64,000 nt of DNA, from positions 34,519,586 to 34,583,585 of the forward strand of contig NC_069002.1 in NCBI RefSeq assembly GCF_001194135.2, in the 5' to 3' direction. Of this stretch, positions 39,266-52,875 are shown one piece after another. This DNA is from Octopus bimaculoides (Eukaryota). The first letter of the stretch is position 1; every line of letters begins with the position of its first letter. The position numbers and the translations under genes are program-made. The notes below the pieces were generated by a model that ran no database searches, was not told where the DNA came from, and saw only the letters and a list, made by a program, of their open reading frames with translations.

Positions 39266-39378
39266 TTCGTCTCTCTTTACGTTCTGAGTTCAAATTCCGC
39301 CGACGTCGACTTTGCCTTTCATACTTTCGGAGTCGATAAGTTAAGTACCAGCTGCGGACTGTGGTCGATCTAATTAAC
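39266..39378 (+). mobile_element. SINE family 1 core
   Basis: tttacgttctgagttcaaattccgccgacgtcgactttgcctttcatactttcggagtcgataag. Confidence 0.88.
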
Positions 39379-39440
39379 ATAGAATGAGACGACAAAGTGA
39401 AAACAGTGTGAATTTTCTAAGACACTTATAAAAAGAAAGG

Positions 39441-39492
39441 TGGTCATACAGCTGTTTCATGGATACGTGGGATATCCCTTCATCAAAAACGG
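39441..39492 (-). ncRNA. Decayed type I hammerhead-ribozyme-like motif (Penelope-type)
   Basis: Minus strand: gttt-TTGATGA-agggata-tcccacg-tatccat-GAAA-cagctg-TA-tgac; C3 to T, weak stem I, palindromic ACAGCTGT stem III. Confidence 0.6.
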
Positions 39493-39702
39493 TATGAGAG
39501 AGTTAAGTAGAGGCAAATAGTAGAGTTCAACATAAGAAGTTATTCTGGAAAGGGAGAGATGTAGGAAGACTAAACGGAAATAAGAGAATAAATGTTTTTT
39601 TTAAAAATACGTTGCAATTCCATTTTCCAAGAAAAGTAGTGTGTAGAATGAGTAGAATGGCTTCTTGCTCTTGTCTATGGTATGTAAATTCCGATCTCTC
39701 TC

Positions 39703-39763
<61 letters not shown>

Positions 39764-40739
39764 NNNNNNNNNNNNNNNNNNNNNNNNNNNNNNNNNNNNN
39801 NNNNNNNNNNNNNNNNNNNNNNNNNNNNNNNNNNNNNNNNNNNNNNNNNNNNNNNNNNNNNNNNNNNNNNNNNNNNNNNNNNNNNNNNNNNNNNNNNNNN
39901 NNNNNNNNNNNNNNNNNNNNNNNNNNNNNNNNNNNNNNNNNNNNNNNNNNNNNNNNNNNNNNNNNNNNNNNNNNNNNNNNNNNNNNNNNNNNNNNNNNNN
40001 NNNNNNNNNNNNNNNNNNNNNNNNNNNNNNNNNNNNNNNNNNNNNNNNNNNNNNNNNNNNNNNNNNNNNNNNNNTATATATATATATATATGTATATATA
40101 TTCTTTTATCCTTTTTTTTCCTTCATTTGTTTTAGTCATTGATTGCAGCTATGCTGAAACACCACCTTATGTATGTATTCTTATAATATATTTGTGTGTG
40201 CGTTTCTGTTTTGTGTATGTGTCTGTGTGTGTGTGCGTGCGTGCGACAGTGTATATGTGTCTATACGTAAAAATATGTTTGTAAACTCCCGAATAATTAC
40301 AGCACGCATACATAGTTTATACACGCATAGCTAGATATGTATTCACATCTTCGTATAAGTGGACTTCATGCAATTTTTTTTGATTCCTGGTCAGGAAATA
40401 AATTAGATTGGAGATATGGGACATATGAACACAGCAAGATGTTAAATTTTATAGCTGAACAATAATTTGGAAAATGTCAGTTTTAATTCAATTAATTTTC
40501 TAATAGAAAATATTAAAAATATTGAGAAATCCTTGGATATTGTGTCAGATATTTCATTTATATTTATATAAATATTCAAATAGTTTTTAATTCGTGAATG
40601 TTTGAATACACCGCAACTTATATACACGAATGTATACTGACGTACATTATTTAATATAGATGTTTGTTGCAAAATATACAACCCCACACACACACACACA
40701 TACGCACACATATGTATATTGGTGTAAATATATGTCTAC

Positions 40740-40772
<33 letters not shown>

Positions 40773-41123
40773 NNNNNNNNNNNNNNNNNNNNNNNNNNNN
40801 NNNNNNNNNNNNNNNNNNNNNNNNNNNNNNNNNNNNNNNNNNNNNNNNNNNNNNNNNNNNNNNNNNNNNNNNNNNNNNNNNNNNNNNNNNNNNNNNNNNN
40901 NNNNNNNNNNNNNNNNNNNNNNNNNNNNNNNNNNNNNNNNNNNNNNNNNNNNNNNNNNNNNNNNNNNNNNNNNNNNNNNNNNNNNNNNNNNNNNNNNNNN
41001 NNNNNNNNNNNNNNNNNNNNNNNNNNNNNNNNNNNNNNNNNNNNNNNNNNNNNNNNNNNNNNNNNNNNNNNNNNNNNNNNNNNNNNNNNNNNNNNNNNNT
41101 ATATATATATATATATATATATA

Positions 41124-41139
41124 TAGATAGATAGATAGG

Positions 41140-41170
<31 letters not shown>
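41124..41170. repeat. (ATAG)n microsatellite
   Basis: Direct reading. Confidence 0.9.
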
Positions 41171-41520
41171 GGTAGAGGCAGAATGAAAATGGAGTAGAAG
41201 GTGTGAGTAAAGATGAGCAAGAGTAAAGGTGAATGGGAAGAAAAACATTTTTTTTTTAACCAAACGAGAAATCCCCTGTTACACATCCTCACAAAATGAT
41301 GTGTTTTTACAAAGCCTCAACACAGCTTTTAAGCATATTCTGTGAGGCATGCCTTTACAACATTCTGCCTTTACAATATTCTGCCTTTACAATATTCTAT
41401 TCCTAGACTCCGACTAGGAATAGAACATATTTCTTAGGATGTACAGCAATCGTAATTCGTTATTGAATTCAAATACCTTTGTATTGGGGATGAAACGTTT
41501 CAAGTATTATGCAAATTCTG

Positions 41521-41876
41521 AAGGAGGTGAGCTGGCAGAAACATTAGTACGTTGGGCGAAATGGTTAGCGGTATTTCGTCTGTTTTTACGTTCGGAGTTT
41601 AAATTCCGTCGAGGTCGACTTTACCTTTTGGGATCGATAAATTAAGTACCATTTACGTCCCGGGGGGCGATTTAATCGACTGGCACACACCCGAAAAATT
41701 TTGGGCCCTATGCCTAGAGTAGAAAAGTATCGTTAGCACTCCGAGCAAACGCTCAGATGCATTTCGTCATTTTCAACTTCTGAGTTCAAATTCTGCCGAA
41801 GTCGCCTTTCAGGATCGACAGACACAATATTACCTTATCCCACTGAAATTGCTGGTTTTGTGCCAAAGTTTGAAAC
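41521..41876 (+). mobile_element. SINE family 1 tandem: full copy 41521-41727 plus headless copy 41731-41876
   Basis: aaggaggtgagctggcagaa..gcctagagtagaaaag then cgttagcac..ttctgagttcaaattctgccgaagtc..gtgccaaagtttgaaac. Confidence 0.88.
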
Positions 41877-42385
41877 TTTGATGCAAATTCCGCAGTGTAG
41901 CAATATAGAAATGACGGGTAAATTTTGTTCGTTACTTACAAATTTTTAGTCAATAACGGATAAACATTGAATGCGTTTGAAATAAAATATATAGAACTTA
42001 CATTGGTAAAGAGATATGTATCAGCTACTGGTGTATTACAGTTCTTTTAAAAATACCTTGTTTATCTACACTGATCATATCATAAACAATCCTTTGGAAC
42101 ACATTTTGCATTCAAATTTATTCGCGAGTTTAACATCGTATGATGGCATTTCTGTTTTATATCTCAGTAAGCTAAAGTTAGTAAACTTTTCTCCCTGAAT
42201 TAAAAACGGACGTTCTCAAAAATATATGACACGGTATAGAATGTGTTACTAAATACGAATTAAATGAGATATCAGGTGTGATGTTCATTTTTAATGCGTA
42301 GATCGTACGTTCGAGAATCATCCTTGCTAATAACTGAATCAAACCACAACACTGACTACAATAATCAGCAGTGACTTACATATCG

Positions 42386-42597
42386 GTTTCAAATTTGGGC
42401 ACAAGGCCAGCAATTTCGGGGTCGAGGGATAGTCGATTACATCAATCCCATTGCTAGATTGTTACTTATTTTACATACCCCTAAAGGGATGAAAGGCAAA
42501 ATCACCTCGGCGGAATTTGAACTCAGAACGTAATGGGGGACGAAATTCCGCTAAGCATTTGCCCAGCGTCTTAACAATTCTGCAAGCTCGCCGCCTT
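42386..42597 (-). mobile_element. SINE family 1, full length
   Basis: gtttcaaatttgggcacaaggccagc..cctcggcggaatttgaactcagaacgt..gctcgccgcctt. Confidence 0.9.
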
Positions 42598-43624
42598 CAT
42601 GAATCTGAAAATTAACAGAACATTCCGCCAAATTCAATCAAGCTTTTGACAAAGTGCTTCCTAAGATATGTTAAATTCCTTTTCCGTCAGATATTCGGCT
42701 TTAAGAGAAAATAGTTGCTTCCAATATAGCTGGAAGACCTGAAATTTGGAGCCAGAGAATTAATCAACTGAATCGAAAAGAGACGCTTAGGAAGACTGTC
42801 TTGGAAAAATCGTTCGCGAAGTTTCATCTCAACGCAAAAAGTAGTAATAAAGATCACTAGGCATTTTATTGCCAACCAACCATATTTTAGCAGAAAACAA
42901 TACTATTGTAGCTGAAAACTAATAAATTTGATGCAAAGCAATTAGTTGATGTTATCACCCCAATATTCTTGGCTGACATTTTATATTTTCGAACCGAAAC
43001 GAATAAAAGGCAAAAGTCACTTCGATAGAATTTGGAGCAGGGTCTAAAGTCTTGGATGGGATGACAAATAGTTATTTCCGACTCATTAATGATCCACTTA
43101 TTCCATGGGATTTCAAGTAATAAATAATAAATCAACTGAGAAAAAAATTATAATACTTGTTGTTTGTTTTTTATGTTTTATCAATATCCTTTTGGAAATG
43201 CATGGATACTCCGACATCCTTTTTCAGATGACATCGTTATATTTAACGTATGTAGACACATGTTCAGATTTTACGTGAAAGGAATTATATTGAATAAATA
43301 TCAGCAGCACTTGACTGCTAATTTATTTTATCGACCCTGGAATGACGAAATACGAAATTTGATCTCGTTTGCATTTCAAGCAGTAAACGGCTGACAAACT
43401 TCTCAGACGCTCCAACGTTTCTACCAAAGCACAGAATCTTTTGAGGAAAATGTTACGGTTATAGGTTTTGAATTCAGGGAGTAAATAAAATTCTAATCAG
43501 TTTCAATATCAGAAAATTATTTTTTAATACTGAACTAATTGCTCAACCAAACTCCATAGCTTAGATCACATAAGAAAATTGCGAAAGCAGCGGCGTTGTT
43601 GCTGGCAATTGTGGATATTGAATT

Positions 43625-43812
43625 AAAATTTTGGTACAAGGCCAGCTATTTCGGAGGGTAGGGTAAGTTGTTTAAATCAATACAAGTAGTCAGCTGGTAC
43701 TTATTTTATTTATCCCTGAAATTATTAACAGCAGAAGTAGACTGCGGCGGAATTTTAACTCGGAACGAAAAATAGGACAAAATGTCACTAACGATCCGGC
43801 CGTCTGACCGCT
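43625..43812 (-). mobile_element. SINE family 1, degenerate
   Basis: ttttggtacaaggccagc..ctggtacttatttt..cggcggaattttaactcggaacg. Confidence 0.75.
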
Positions 43813-45256
43813 ACAGCAGCTGTGGATATTAAAATAAATCTGCTTGTAGATTGTGAATTAGTTAATATCTTATTGCGTTCTTTTACATAATGATTAATTG
43901 TAATTCGTAATGATCAAAATGTACCTTCCGATAATTTCGTTCGGCGTTCGATAAAATAAGAATGAAAGTATGAGATAGTATGAGGAATTCCTAGTTGGTT
44001 TGCAGTGAGGAGTAAAAATACAAACATTTCTATGTAGTCCTTACGATGAGACCTAGACTAGAGTTATTTCGAACATGGCATTGTCATCGGTGGGTGGTAA
44101 AAACTGGTTTAAATTTATTCTTTAAAACACTGATATTCATTTTATTTTTAGGAATTGATGTTATAGTGAAAAAACAGAATATTAAAAACTACTCTGTGCT
44201 GTTTCGATACAACCGTCTACATTTGGAGTTCATTTCTTGCCGGGGTCAACAAAAATATTTTTTCATTCTTTTGGTATCTAAACTGTAATGTATCCCACAA
44301 GGCAGCAGGTTCGATTTTATCGATTGTACCACTTTTCCGTCAAAGAAATCAATATAATCAACGCTTGTCTTCCTTTCGTTTTTGTTTCGTTTATTTGTCT
44401 TGCTTACATTATATTTTGAAGCACACTTTCTTTATCTCCGAAGTTACATTTTTTTGTGATCCAGTGATATAAATATCTATATTTCTTTCTCAAACTTACT
44501 CACATGGTTTGTGCTGCTGTCTCTTACATATGGTAATTTTGTGTTTATCTCATCACATGTCTTTTAATTTTTTTTCTTTCTTATCATTCTCTGAATGTGT
44601 ATAACACTCCTCAAATCATAATATGGGTCAACTCTAAATGCAATTCCATTTATTTGATTATAGCCAAGAGCCAGTCACATTAACCTGATTGTCTGAATAA
44701 GAAAACCACTGGTAACCACCATTTCCTTCGCTAAATATTTAGTGACAATTTATTGACGTTGTTCTTTCAATATATATTGAATACAATTTCTTTCTATTTC
44801 ACGTATTCTACAGCTAAAATAATTATACTATATGCTACGAATTCAGGAAACATGTGAGCAATGCATATAGTCATTCGAACTGCGTGAAAGTGCAGTCAAA
44901 CATTTATCAAGTCACATCTTAACTTTATCAAAATTTGCGGAAAACTATACTACATAATCATAGATATCTGATGTAACACAGGGTGAAACTCTTGGAAACT
45001 CTTTGGGCAAGTGTGCAACCACCATGACATATATATATATATATATATATATANNNNNNNNNNNNNNNNNNNNNNNNNNNNNNNNNNNNNNNNNNNNNNN
45101 NNNNNNNNNNNNNNNNNNNNNNNNNNNNNNNNNNNNNNNNNNNNNNNNNNNNNNNNNNNNNNNNTATAAAGATCTTTCTATTTTCTCGAGCGTCAAAATA
45201 ACACGCTTCTTGTTCATACACCTGTCTTTGTATTTAGTTTTTCTATAACTTTCAAC

Positions 45257-45294
<38 letters not shown>

Positions 45295-46774
45295 TGTGTG
45301 TTTATGTATGTGTGTGTGTGTACGTATGTATTCAATAAATAATTAAAAGAAGTGCTAGTGGTGTTAATATTACCGCTAACATTAACTAAATACATGTGTT
45401 TTATTTATTCAATGGATTCGCTGCGTGATTGTTCCTGAGGTCCACCCGGGACATATGGATTATTTCTTACAGTATTCATATATAGTTATTAACTGGTTAT
45501 CCGGTTCGTCCCCAGATCGACACACGCACGTGATGATAATAAGCCACAATGTCGAAATGTCGGTATCCCTCAATTCTGAATGCGCTCCGAGATAAGTTGT
45601 TTCGCCTGTCAAGGGACTTTTAGGTGTTTCAACACCCAGTTTTGAAAGGGCTCGTGTCCAAGCTCCAATATTGCAGCGAATCTTACAAACAGAAAAACAT
45701 GCATTGCGAATGTGATCTATATAAACAATTGTGCATTTTGCACCAATACAACACGAGGGTTACGCTCATGGTATCGTATAAGTGGGGATAAATTATAACT
45801 TGAAATTCCATATTATGAAAGGATATATCTAGAATGGAATTTAAAAAAAAATTATCTCCTATATTGCAAGTAATATTAAATTGAATTACTATTGTAGTCA
45901 TGTACTATAACACTAAGGTAATATTCCTAAAACTGCTTTTGTAGAACACTGAGTTCTTATAAAGATGGCAAAATACATTTACTCTCTACTTTATTGTTAC
46001 ATATTGAAAATAGTTACGACAGGTTTTAAAGGAAAAACAACACAACATAATATTCTTCTTGAATGTAGTACATCTTATAATTTCATATAAAGCGAAACAC
46101 TGCTTTGCTGAAATACAAATGAACATACTAAATAAAACGGGAAAAAATGAAATAAAACCATGCATTTGTGCAACTAATCAAAAGCATACGTTGTTCACAT
46201 ATTTCAGTTGTTATAACAATGTTATCTTTGCTAAGTTCTCAGTGGAATATTAAACAGAGAATGATTCACCTCGTGCTTCGCATGTATTTTTTTGTCATCG
46301 ACTGATAAATAAGTAAGTGGATGTAGCGGTGGCGAAATATAAATTATATAGAACATGCTCTGACGGATCCGTGTGTGTTGAATTCACAAGATAAGGCTTA
46401 GATATATTAGAAGTATTTCAGAATAAAACTTCTGAGCTGGAAAAAGAAAAGGACAGAAGATGTAACACTTCCAAAACTGATTGGCTCTGTGCATACGGGA
46501 TTTAAAAACATAGGTGTGTTGCCCATTAGCTTCACTATAGATGTTTAGCTGTCTGTTGAAAGAATGCAGGTTATAACTGTTTTAAAAATAGGTAAACAGA
46601 GCAAGTTGAAATTGAGGTTCTTTTTAATAATGCAGATCTAAGTATACTAGTACGAAAAATATACGTATGTATGTATATAGGATTATGTATATTCTTCTCT
46701 TTCGCTTTTTAATCTTGGAGTAAATTTTGAACCGCCACACACTGGATATCTAAGTTGAGAAGGAAAATATGTTG

Positions 46775-47092
46775 TCAGCAGTCCTTACAGAAATTAATAG
46801 TCCCAGATATTGTGATCATTTGTAGCAATGAATTAAGGATTTGCATTCTCTCCCCAAGATCCCAACATCAGTTATACTTTGCTCCAGGTGGGTCGGCATG
46901 TATCCTGTTGCTCCAATAATAAGCGGTATGAAGCTGAAAGTGTATTTGTAAATTCATTATCAACAGTTCATAGACGTCCTCTTTCTTTTGTACTTTTGCC
47001 TTCAGAGAACAGCTCATTTCCACAGTAACTGCTTTACACACCATTGTAGTTCGACACAACAATATCTGGCAGGTAGTATTTTAACTCGATGT
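46775..47092 (-). mobile_element. Restriction-like-endonuclease non-LTR retrotransposon C-terminal fossil
   Basis: Minus frames give LPDIVV..VEMSCSL..KKEDVYELLIMNLQ..FSFIPLIIGATGYMP..LQMITISGTINFCK, the PD..(D/E)xK RLE domain layout of R2/R4/NeSL-group elements; frameshifted. Confidence 0.75.
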
Positions 47093-47342
47093 CTGTTTCA
47101 ATTTTTAACTTTCTTCGATGGACGTATTTTTGTATGATTTTTCTTTGAATCTAACTTAAGTTCTTAAGACTGCTCAAGCCGGTTGCTAACAATGAGACTA
47201 CAGAGTTCCCGTTGTTTATGTGCATGTGGTTGAGTTAGTGTGCTTTTTGAACTGTCGATAAGTCACATAGATTAGGACCTGGAAGCTGAACATGTCGTCT
47301 CCGGCAGGTAATTCTTATAGGGACTAGGTCAACAATTTATTC

Positions 47343-47590
47343 GGTGTGTTTCGCTCAACTTTATCAAAAAACATCATTCAGGGACCGTTTGAGCGGGATG
47401 GAGTACTCGACCTGAAGAAAATTTTAACTAGAAGGTCATGCACTGATTCATCTTGATATGAGATCACCATGTCACGCACATATATTTGTGATGCATGTGC
47501 CTGGTGTACTCTTATCAGATGGGTAGTCATGATGGGTATACTGGGCTTCGTATATGTTACCCCTGTGTCACTTTGAAGGCATGCACTGTC
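47343..47590 (+). mobile_element. Trinucleotide-tailed retroposon copy 3
   Basis: Reverse-complement homologue of 2845-3100; runs into an (ATC/ATT/GAC)n array. Confidence 0.85.
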
Positions 47591-47900
47591 ATCATTATTA
47601 TGTCATCATTATTATGTCATCATTATTATGACGACGAGGACGATGGTGACGACGACGGTAACGAAGACGATGTTTTGACAATGACAACGACGACGACGAC
47701 GACGACGGTGACGATAATGTTCGTGATGAGGATTATAATGATGATCAATATAATTCTGTTTAGAGAGTACTTCACCATGAAGATTACGAAGAACGCGATG
47801 TAAATGGTGACGACGACGACCGCAATCACAATCACCAACATGATGCTGACGATGATGCTGAGGCTGATGAAGATGACGATGATGATGAGGATGATGATGA
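47591..47900. repeat. Degenerate (GAT/GAC)n trinucleotide array
   Basis: Direct reading. Confidence 0.85.
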
Positions 47901-48215
47901 CGATTACGCTTTGGTTGCATAGACATTCAACAAGCTTGTCTCAGCAATTGAAAACTCTTTCGATCCCAGGAATGAGATGTATTGAACACTAATTATCAAA
48001 ACTAAGCAATAGCAGTAGATATTGTAGAAGCATTAACATCAACACCAACAGCAGCAGCAGCAGTAACATTAGTGTTCGTGGCAGTGGTGGTAGTAGAAAA
48101 CATAGCATTACTAATGGAATTATAAGGATCAGAATTGTTATCCTTCTGTATCTTCTTCATATTATTATCAATATTATTATTATTCCTTTTATTATTATTG
48201 TCATCGTCGTTATTA

Positions 48216-48259
<44 letters not shown>

Positions 48260-48819
48260 GATGGAAGCTTTTATTATTTGTATTAATTGTTGTTTTTTTT
48301 AATGGTGCTGGTATATTTGTTGTAATTATTGTTACTATTAATATTAACATTAATCTCTGAATTAAATGTATTTTTCTTGTTTTGGATAATGTTCGTTAAA
48401 TTTCTTTTTTATTCTTTGTTAATCTTATTTATGGGATTCAATTTTAATTAAAAATTGGCTGAAATATTTGGCCATCATGGGAATAAATCTCTTTTAAAAC
48501 ACAAAAATCCAGCTCCAGAATTAAGGGGAGAAATAAAAACGCTGAACAAGAGCTAAGAGTTATTTCTAGCAGAATGACACAATAGATTCCCTTTCAGAAA
48601 TAAAAATAAAAAAGTAAAGCGACAGAATGCTTTACGGTTTTATGTTTATTTGTTTATGCATATATTTGTTTATTTATTTATTCATTTATGTCGTAACAGA
48701 GAAAATGTCGATCTCATATAAATTCAGCCAACGTAAGATGCAACAAAAAGGTTGTTTGAGGGACGACACAGAAAAAAAAAACACGGAACAGAGAAAAAAA
48801 TATGACACAATAGTAATTT

Positions 48820-48821
<2 letters not shown>

Positions 48822-48877
<56 letters not shown>
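48822..48877. repeat. (AAT)n microsatellite
   Basis: Direct reading. Confidence 0.95.
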
Positions 48878-48880
<3 letters not shown>

Positions 48881-50289
48881 TGAACAATCCTATGCCAATA
48901 ATCTCCACATTCTTAACAGCATAAATACATATACGTGATAGCCTTCATATGTGCCGTCCTTTTGTAAAATTATGATTCACAAAGATAAGTTTTCGTTCGC
49001 TGAGATATGAATGATATGAGTAAGGTTGAGTGTTATTGTAGAGTTCTTAAAACAGCACGTACTTTTCTTTTGCAAGACAACGCGTATCAGTCGTGTAAAA
49101 ATTTGTAAAGTTAAGGATAGAAATAGAAATATGATTGTTTAAGTTGAACTCTCATTTTTATTCTTGAAGACTGAATGATTTTGAGAATTGAGAATAATTT
49201 GTAGAGTTCATGTCAAGGATTTTTAGTTATCTATATATATGTCATAGCCAACATAAAATGTTTGACAGTTGATGTTTTATATTAACACCGAGTATGAATT
49301 TCTCACTAAAACCTATCGATATACTACGGGACACATTTGATGTCACGTACAATCGACTAAATATACTCTACTACATGACTGATATTTATCTTATTCGCTC
49401 TCGAACGGGTTGCAAGTGAAGGCCGCGTAGTCTTGGTTTTTGAAACCAGACTTTAAGAAGCAATACCTCAATACAACATAATTTACTCGTCAATGTGCCC
49501 ATTTACAGTGTCTACACATAATTCCACCATCAATTTCTTTATAACATTTATTTCTACCGTTTAAGTCCTAGACAATCTTTCATGTCAATTATTTCAAATA
49601 GCAATCATTATTATCAATAGTTTGGCCTGAGGTTTCGTTCCAAACCACAGAAGTGAGTGTATGTGGTTGATCTACGAAGAGAAATTATCAGCCATACCTC
49701 CCTCAAAGTATTGACTATTTTCTGTAGAAATGGATTAGTCTGGTATTATTTGTCTCCGTTCTCTGCACAGCATAATCGCTGTGATGGTCGAGGTCGGAAT
49801 GCCGTCGATCATCATTTCAGTCAAAGCGGGCTTGGGACTGAGCAATGACAAACACAATGCAAATGATTATTCTAAGTCACTGTAATCGATCTTAATACTT
49901 GAAAGGCAATGTCATACCTGTCGGCATTTGATAAAATGACGTAATAAATTCAATAGTATATAATTGTATTGTTCATGATTGCTGACAATGGCGAAGAGAC
50001 ACGGATTTCTGAAAGGAAAATATCTGAATCAAGTGATGGACTCTGAAATATACGTCTGATATATTATTTTATTTAAAGACGAAAGTCAAAGTCGAATCTC
50101 GCGAAGTCTTAGCCAAAACTGTTCTTTGGTTCTATGAATTAGGTTACGAATAAAGGGTGAATACCGATGTTAAAACAACGTAGGACGGTCGCTCTGAGTA
50201 CCAATTACATATGTAATTAAGCATTGCTTATCACTATGAGGGGTCAGCAACGATTACAATGGAACCCTCAATTTCAGAGCTCATTTCCG

Positions 50290-51062
50290 GTGAATTGCAT
50301 AGAAAGTATTAAATTGCCGAGAAAGGAAAGTGGAAGAGGGCTTATATGAGTACAAGTCTGCGTCGAGTTAGTTAGAGTAGATATAAACTCCTATGTAGGT
50401 AATAACAAAGTTTATTAAGAGCTTCTAGAGTCACAGAAGACATAGGGAAACCAAAACCCAAACGAAGTTAAAAACCAGAAAAAAGAATAAAAGTTATCTT
50501 ACTGGCAGGAGAAGGCTTTGCATGGTAGATTCCCAAGATTGTTACAGAAAACTGTGGTAGTGCGACATGTTTATGGGTTCAGAAATCAAGGCTGAAAGGG
50601 AGACAGAAAGTTTGTTAGTAGCTGTGCAAAATCAAACATTAACGACTAATTAGATAAAAGTAAAGTTAGACAAAACCAAGTAGATTCCCACTGTAGATTA
50701 TGCAAATCAAAAGAAGTAAGTCTTACTGATATAGTAAGTGACTGTAGCATGCTGGTAGCTCAGAAAGAATACATGAAAACAAATGACAGCCTAGGGATAG
50801 TAATCCACTAGGAGTTACGCAGAGATCTCGGATTTGCCCGTGGTGAGAAATGGTATTAAGATGAACCTAACAACATACTAGACAGTAAGAAATACAAAAT
50901 GATGAGGGCCTTTAACTTTCAGACTGACGGAGTAATAGATGGTAGAAGGACTGATTTAGTAGTAGATAAAGTGAATAGAAAGTGCCAGATTATTGACTTT
51001 ACAGACACAAAATGATGAAAACCTCAGTATGAGAGGTGTTGAGAAAATAGCAAAATACCAGG
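50290..51062 (+). mobile_element. R4/Dong-clade non-LTR retrotransposon fossil (post-RT region, zinc knuckle, RLE)
   Basis: LPRKESGRGLI*VQVCVE; WQEKALHGRF; TESLLVAVQNQTLTTN; DSHCRLCK....TDIVSDCSML.AQKEY..ND..IH*EL; EKWY*DEP; FNFQTDGVIDGRRTDLVVDK...QIIDF; EKIAKYQ; several stops and frameshifts. Confidence 0.88.
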
Positions 51063-52875
51063 CACCAAGGAGTGTCTACTTGACATGTAGCTAATATTAA
51101 GCAACTGCATATCCACTTTTCCCTCCCCTGTATATACATATAACAATTAAGGTGATTATCATTATGTGGGCATATATTCTAAGTTTATCTTTTATCTGTT
51201 CATGTGGGAATGTTGAGTTCACCGCCTGCCAATTATCTAAGGAATTATGATAGAAAAAACTAATGTTAATGTCATTTAAGAAATTCAGTCAGCTGCATCC
51301 CAAAATGCATTTAGATGTTCGGTGATTATTTTTCGAGTTCTTTCAGTATTTCCAATTGTACATGTTGAAATGAATTTAGTTCCGTATAGAAAATATCGGC
51401 TTGAATTTAATGATATTAATTACATACATTATACTTGTTATAGTTACATTTGTAACTGTGTAGATATATTTTGTACATGGCGGACAATCATATTATTTTA
51501 AAATCCAGCTATGTGATTATTTAGTACAAAATCAATTATTGTCCAAAAGACGTATTACAAAATATGACTCCTATCTGATGGAACATACGCACCGATCATT
51601 AGACACATAATGCAATGCATACATTTGGATATCCTTGTTTTACTATTTCACTTGGAGCCATAGTCTTACAGCGCTATTCGAACAAACAGTCTCCGGAACT
51701 TTAACTTTTGTACTTAGTCCTATTCTCACAGGCACTTATAACCAGTCACAATCCTAAGGTCATATAGACACACCAACATCGATTCCGAAGTTATTGAGGA
51801 TGAACGTTAAGTCCAAACAAATAGACAGACATGCAAACACGCGCACACCGAACAACATATTTGTGTGCGCGTGTGTGCATGTATATATTTGTTAGGTTTC
51901 TGTGAAACAAACATATTCATAATGAATTAAACAGTTCACGGCTATTGCAGATTTTTGTCGAATGTGCGTTGCGATGGGGTCGAAGAGGAAACTAGCTGGT
52001 TCAAAAAACGTCTTGGACTGAAGCACACACTGAGGCGTCCCATGAGGCACCCTATACATTCCCGATAAAAAAAAAAAACATTTGTACATCTTGGGTTAAA
52101 GGAATATTTTGAGAAGTACTTAATTTACAGTATTAAGGCAGAGGGGGAGAGAGATAAAGTGAGGGAGAGAGATAAAGTAAGGGAGAGAGATAACGTGAGG
52201 GAGAGGAAAAGAGAGAGTCAAAAAGAGAGAGAGAGAGAGTTCGATAAAAAATATATTCCAGGCTGACCACATTTCGTTGTTTTGTAACGAGTTTTTGAGT
52301 TGTTCGATGTTTTTTCTCATTCGTTTTGTATTTTCGCCGTTCCGTTTGGGAATTGTTACCCAATTTATTCGTCATCGCTCGAGGAAGATGCCATATCATA
52401 TATTAGTTCTGTCATGACATGTAGCATTATTAAAAATCTGTTTGTGTAAGATTCCCTAAGGAAATTTCTCTTGTTATCCCCAGATTTAAGAAGGTATTAC
52501 TTTGAAAATGGATTTACTTATGTGCTCTCGCTTCACAAACTTTTTTCTTAATCTTCCCTTATTTTCCGATATTTCAGCACTGAGATGTTTCAAATGCAAA
52601 AAAGATTGCGAGCAGTTACCCTGTATCATCAATTGCATGTCCTTTGTCGCTGGGCCTTCGACTTATAGCAATGACAAGATGCTTCTGTGGACGTCAAGAA
52701 TGTGTATTTTTAGTAGGAGGANNNNNNNNNNNNNNNNNNNNNNNNNNNNNNNNNNNNNNNNNNNNNNNNNNNNNNNNNNNNNNNNNNNNNNNNNNNNNNN
52801 NNNNNNNNNNNNNNNNNNNNNNNNNNNNNNNNNNNNNNNNNNNNNNNNNNNNNNNNNNNNNNNNNNNNNNNNNNN

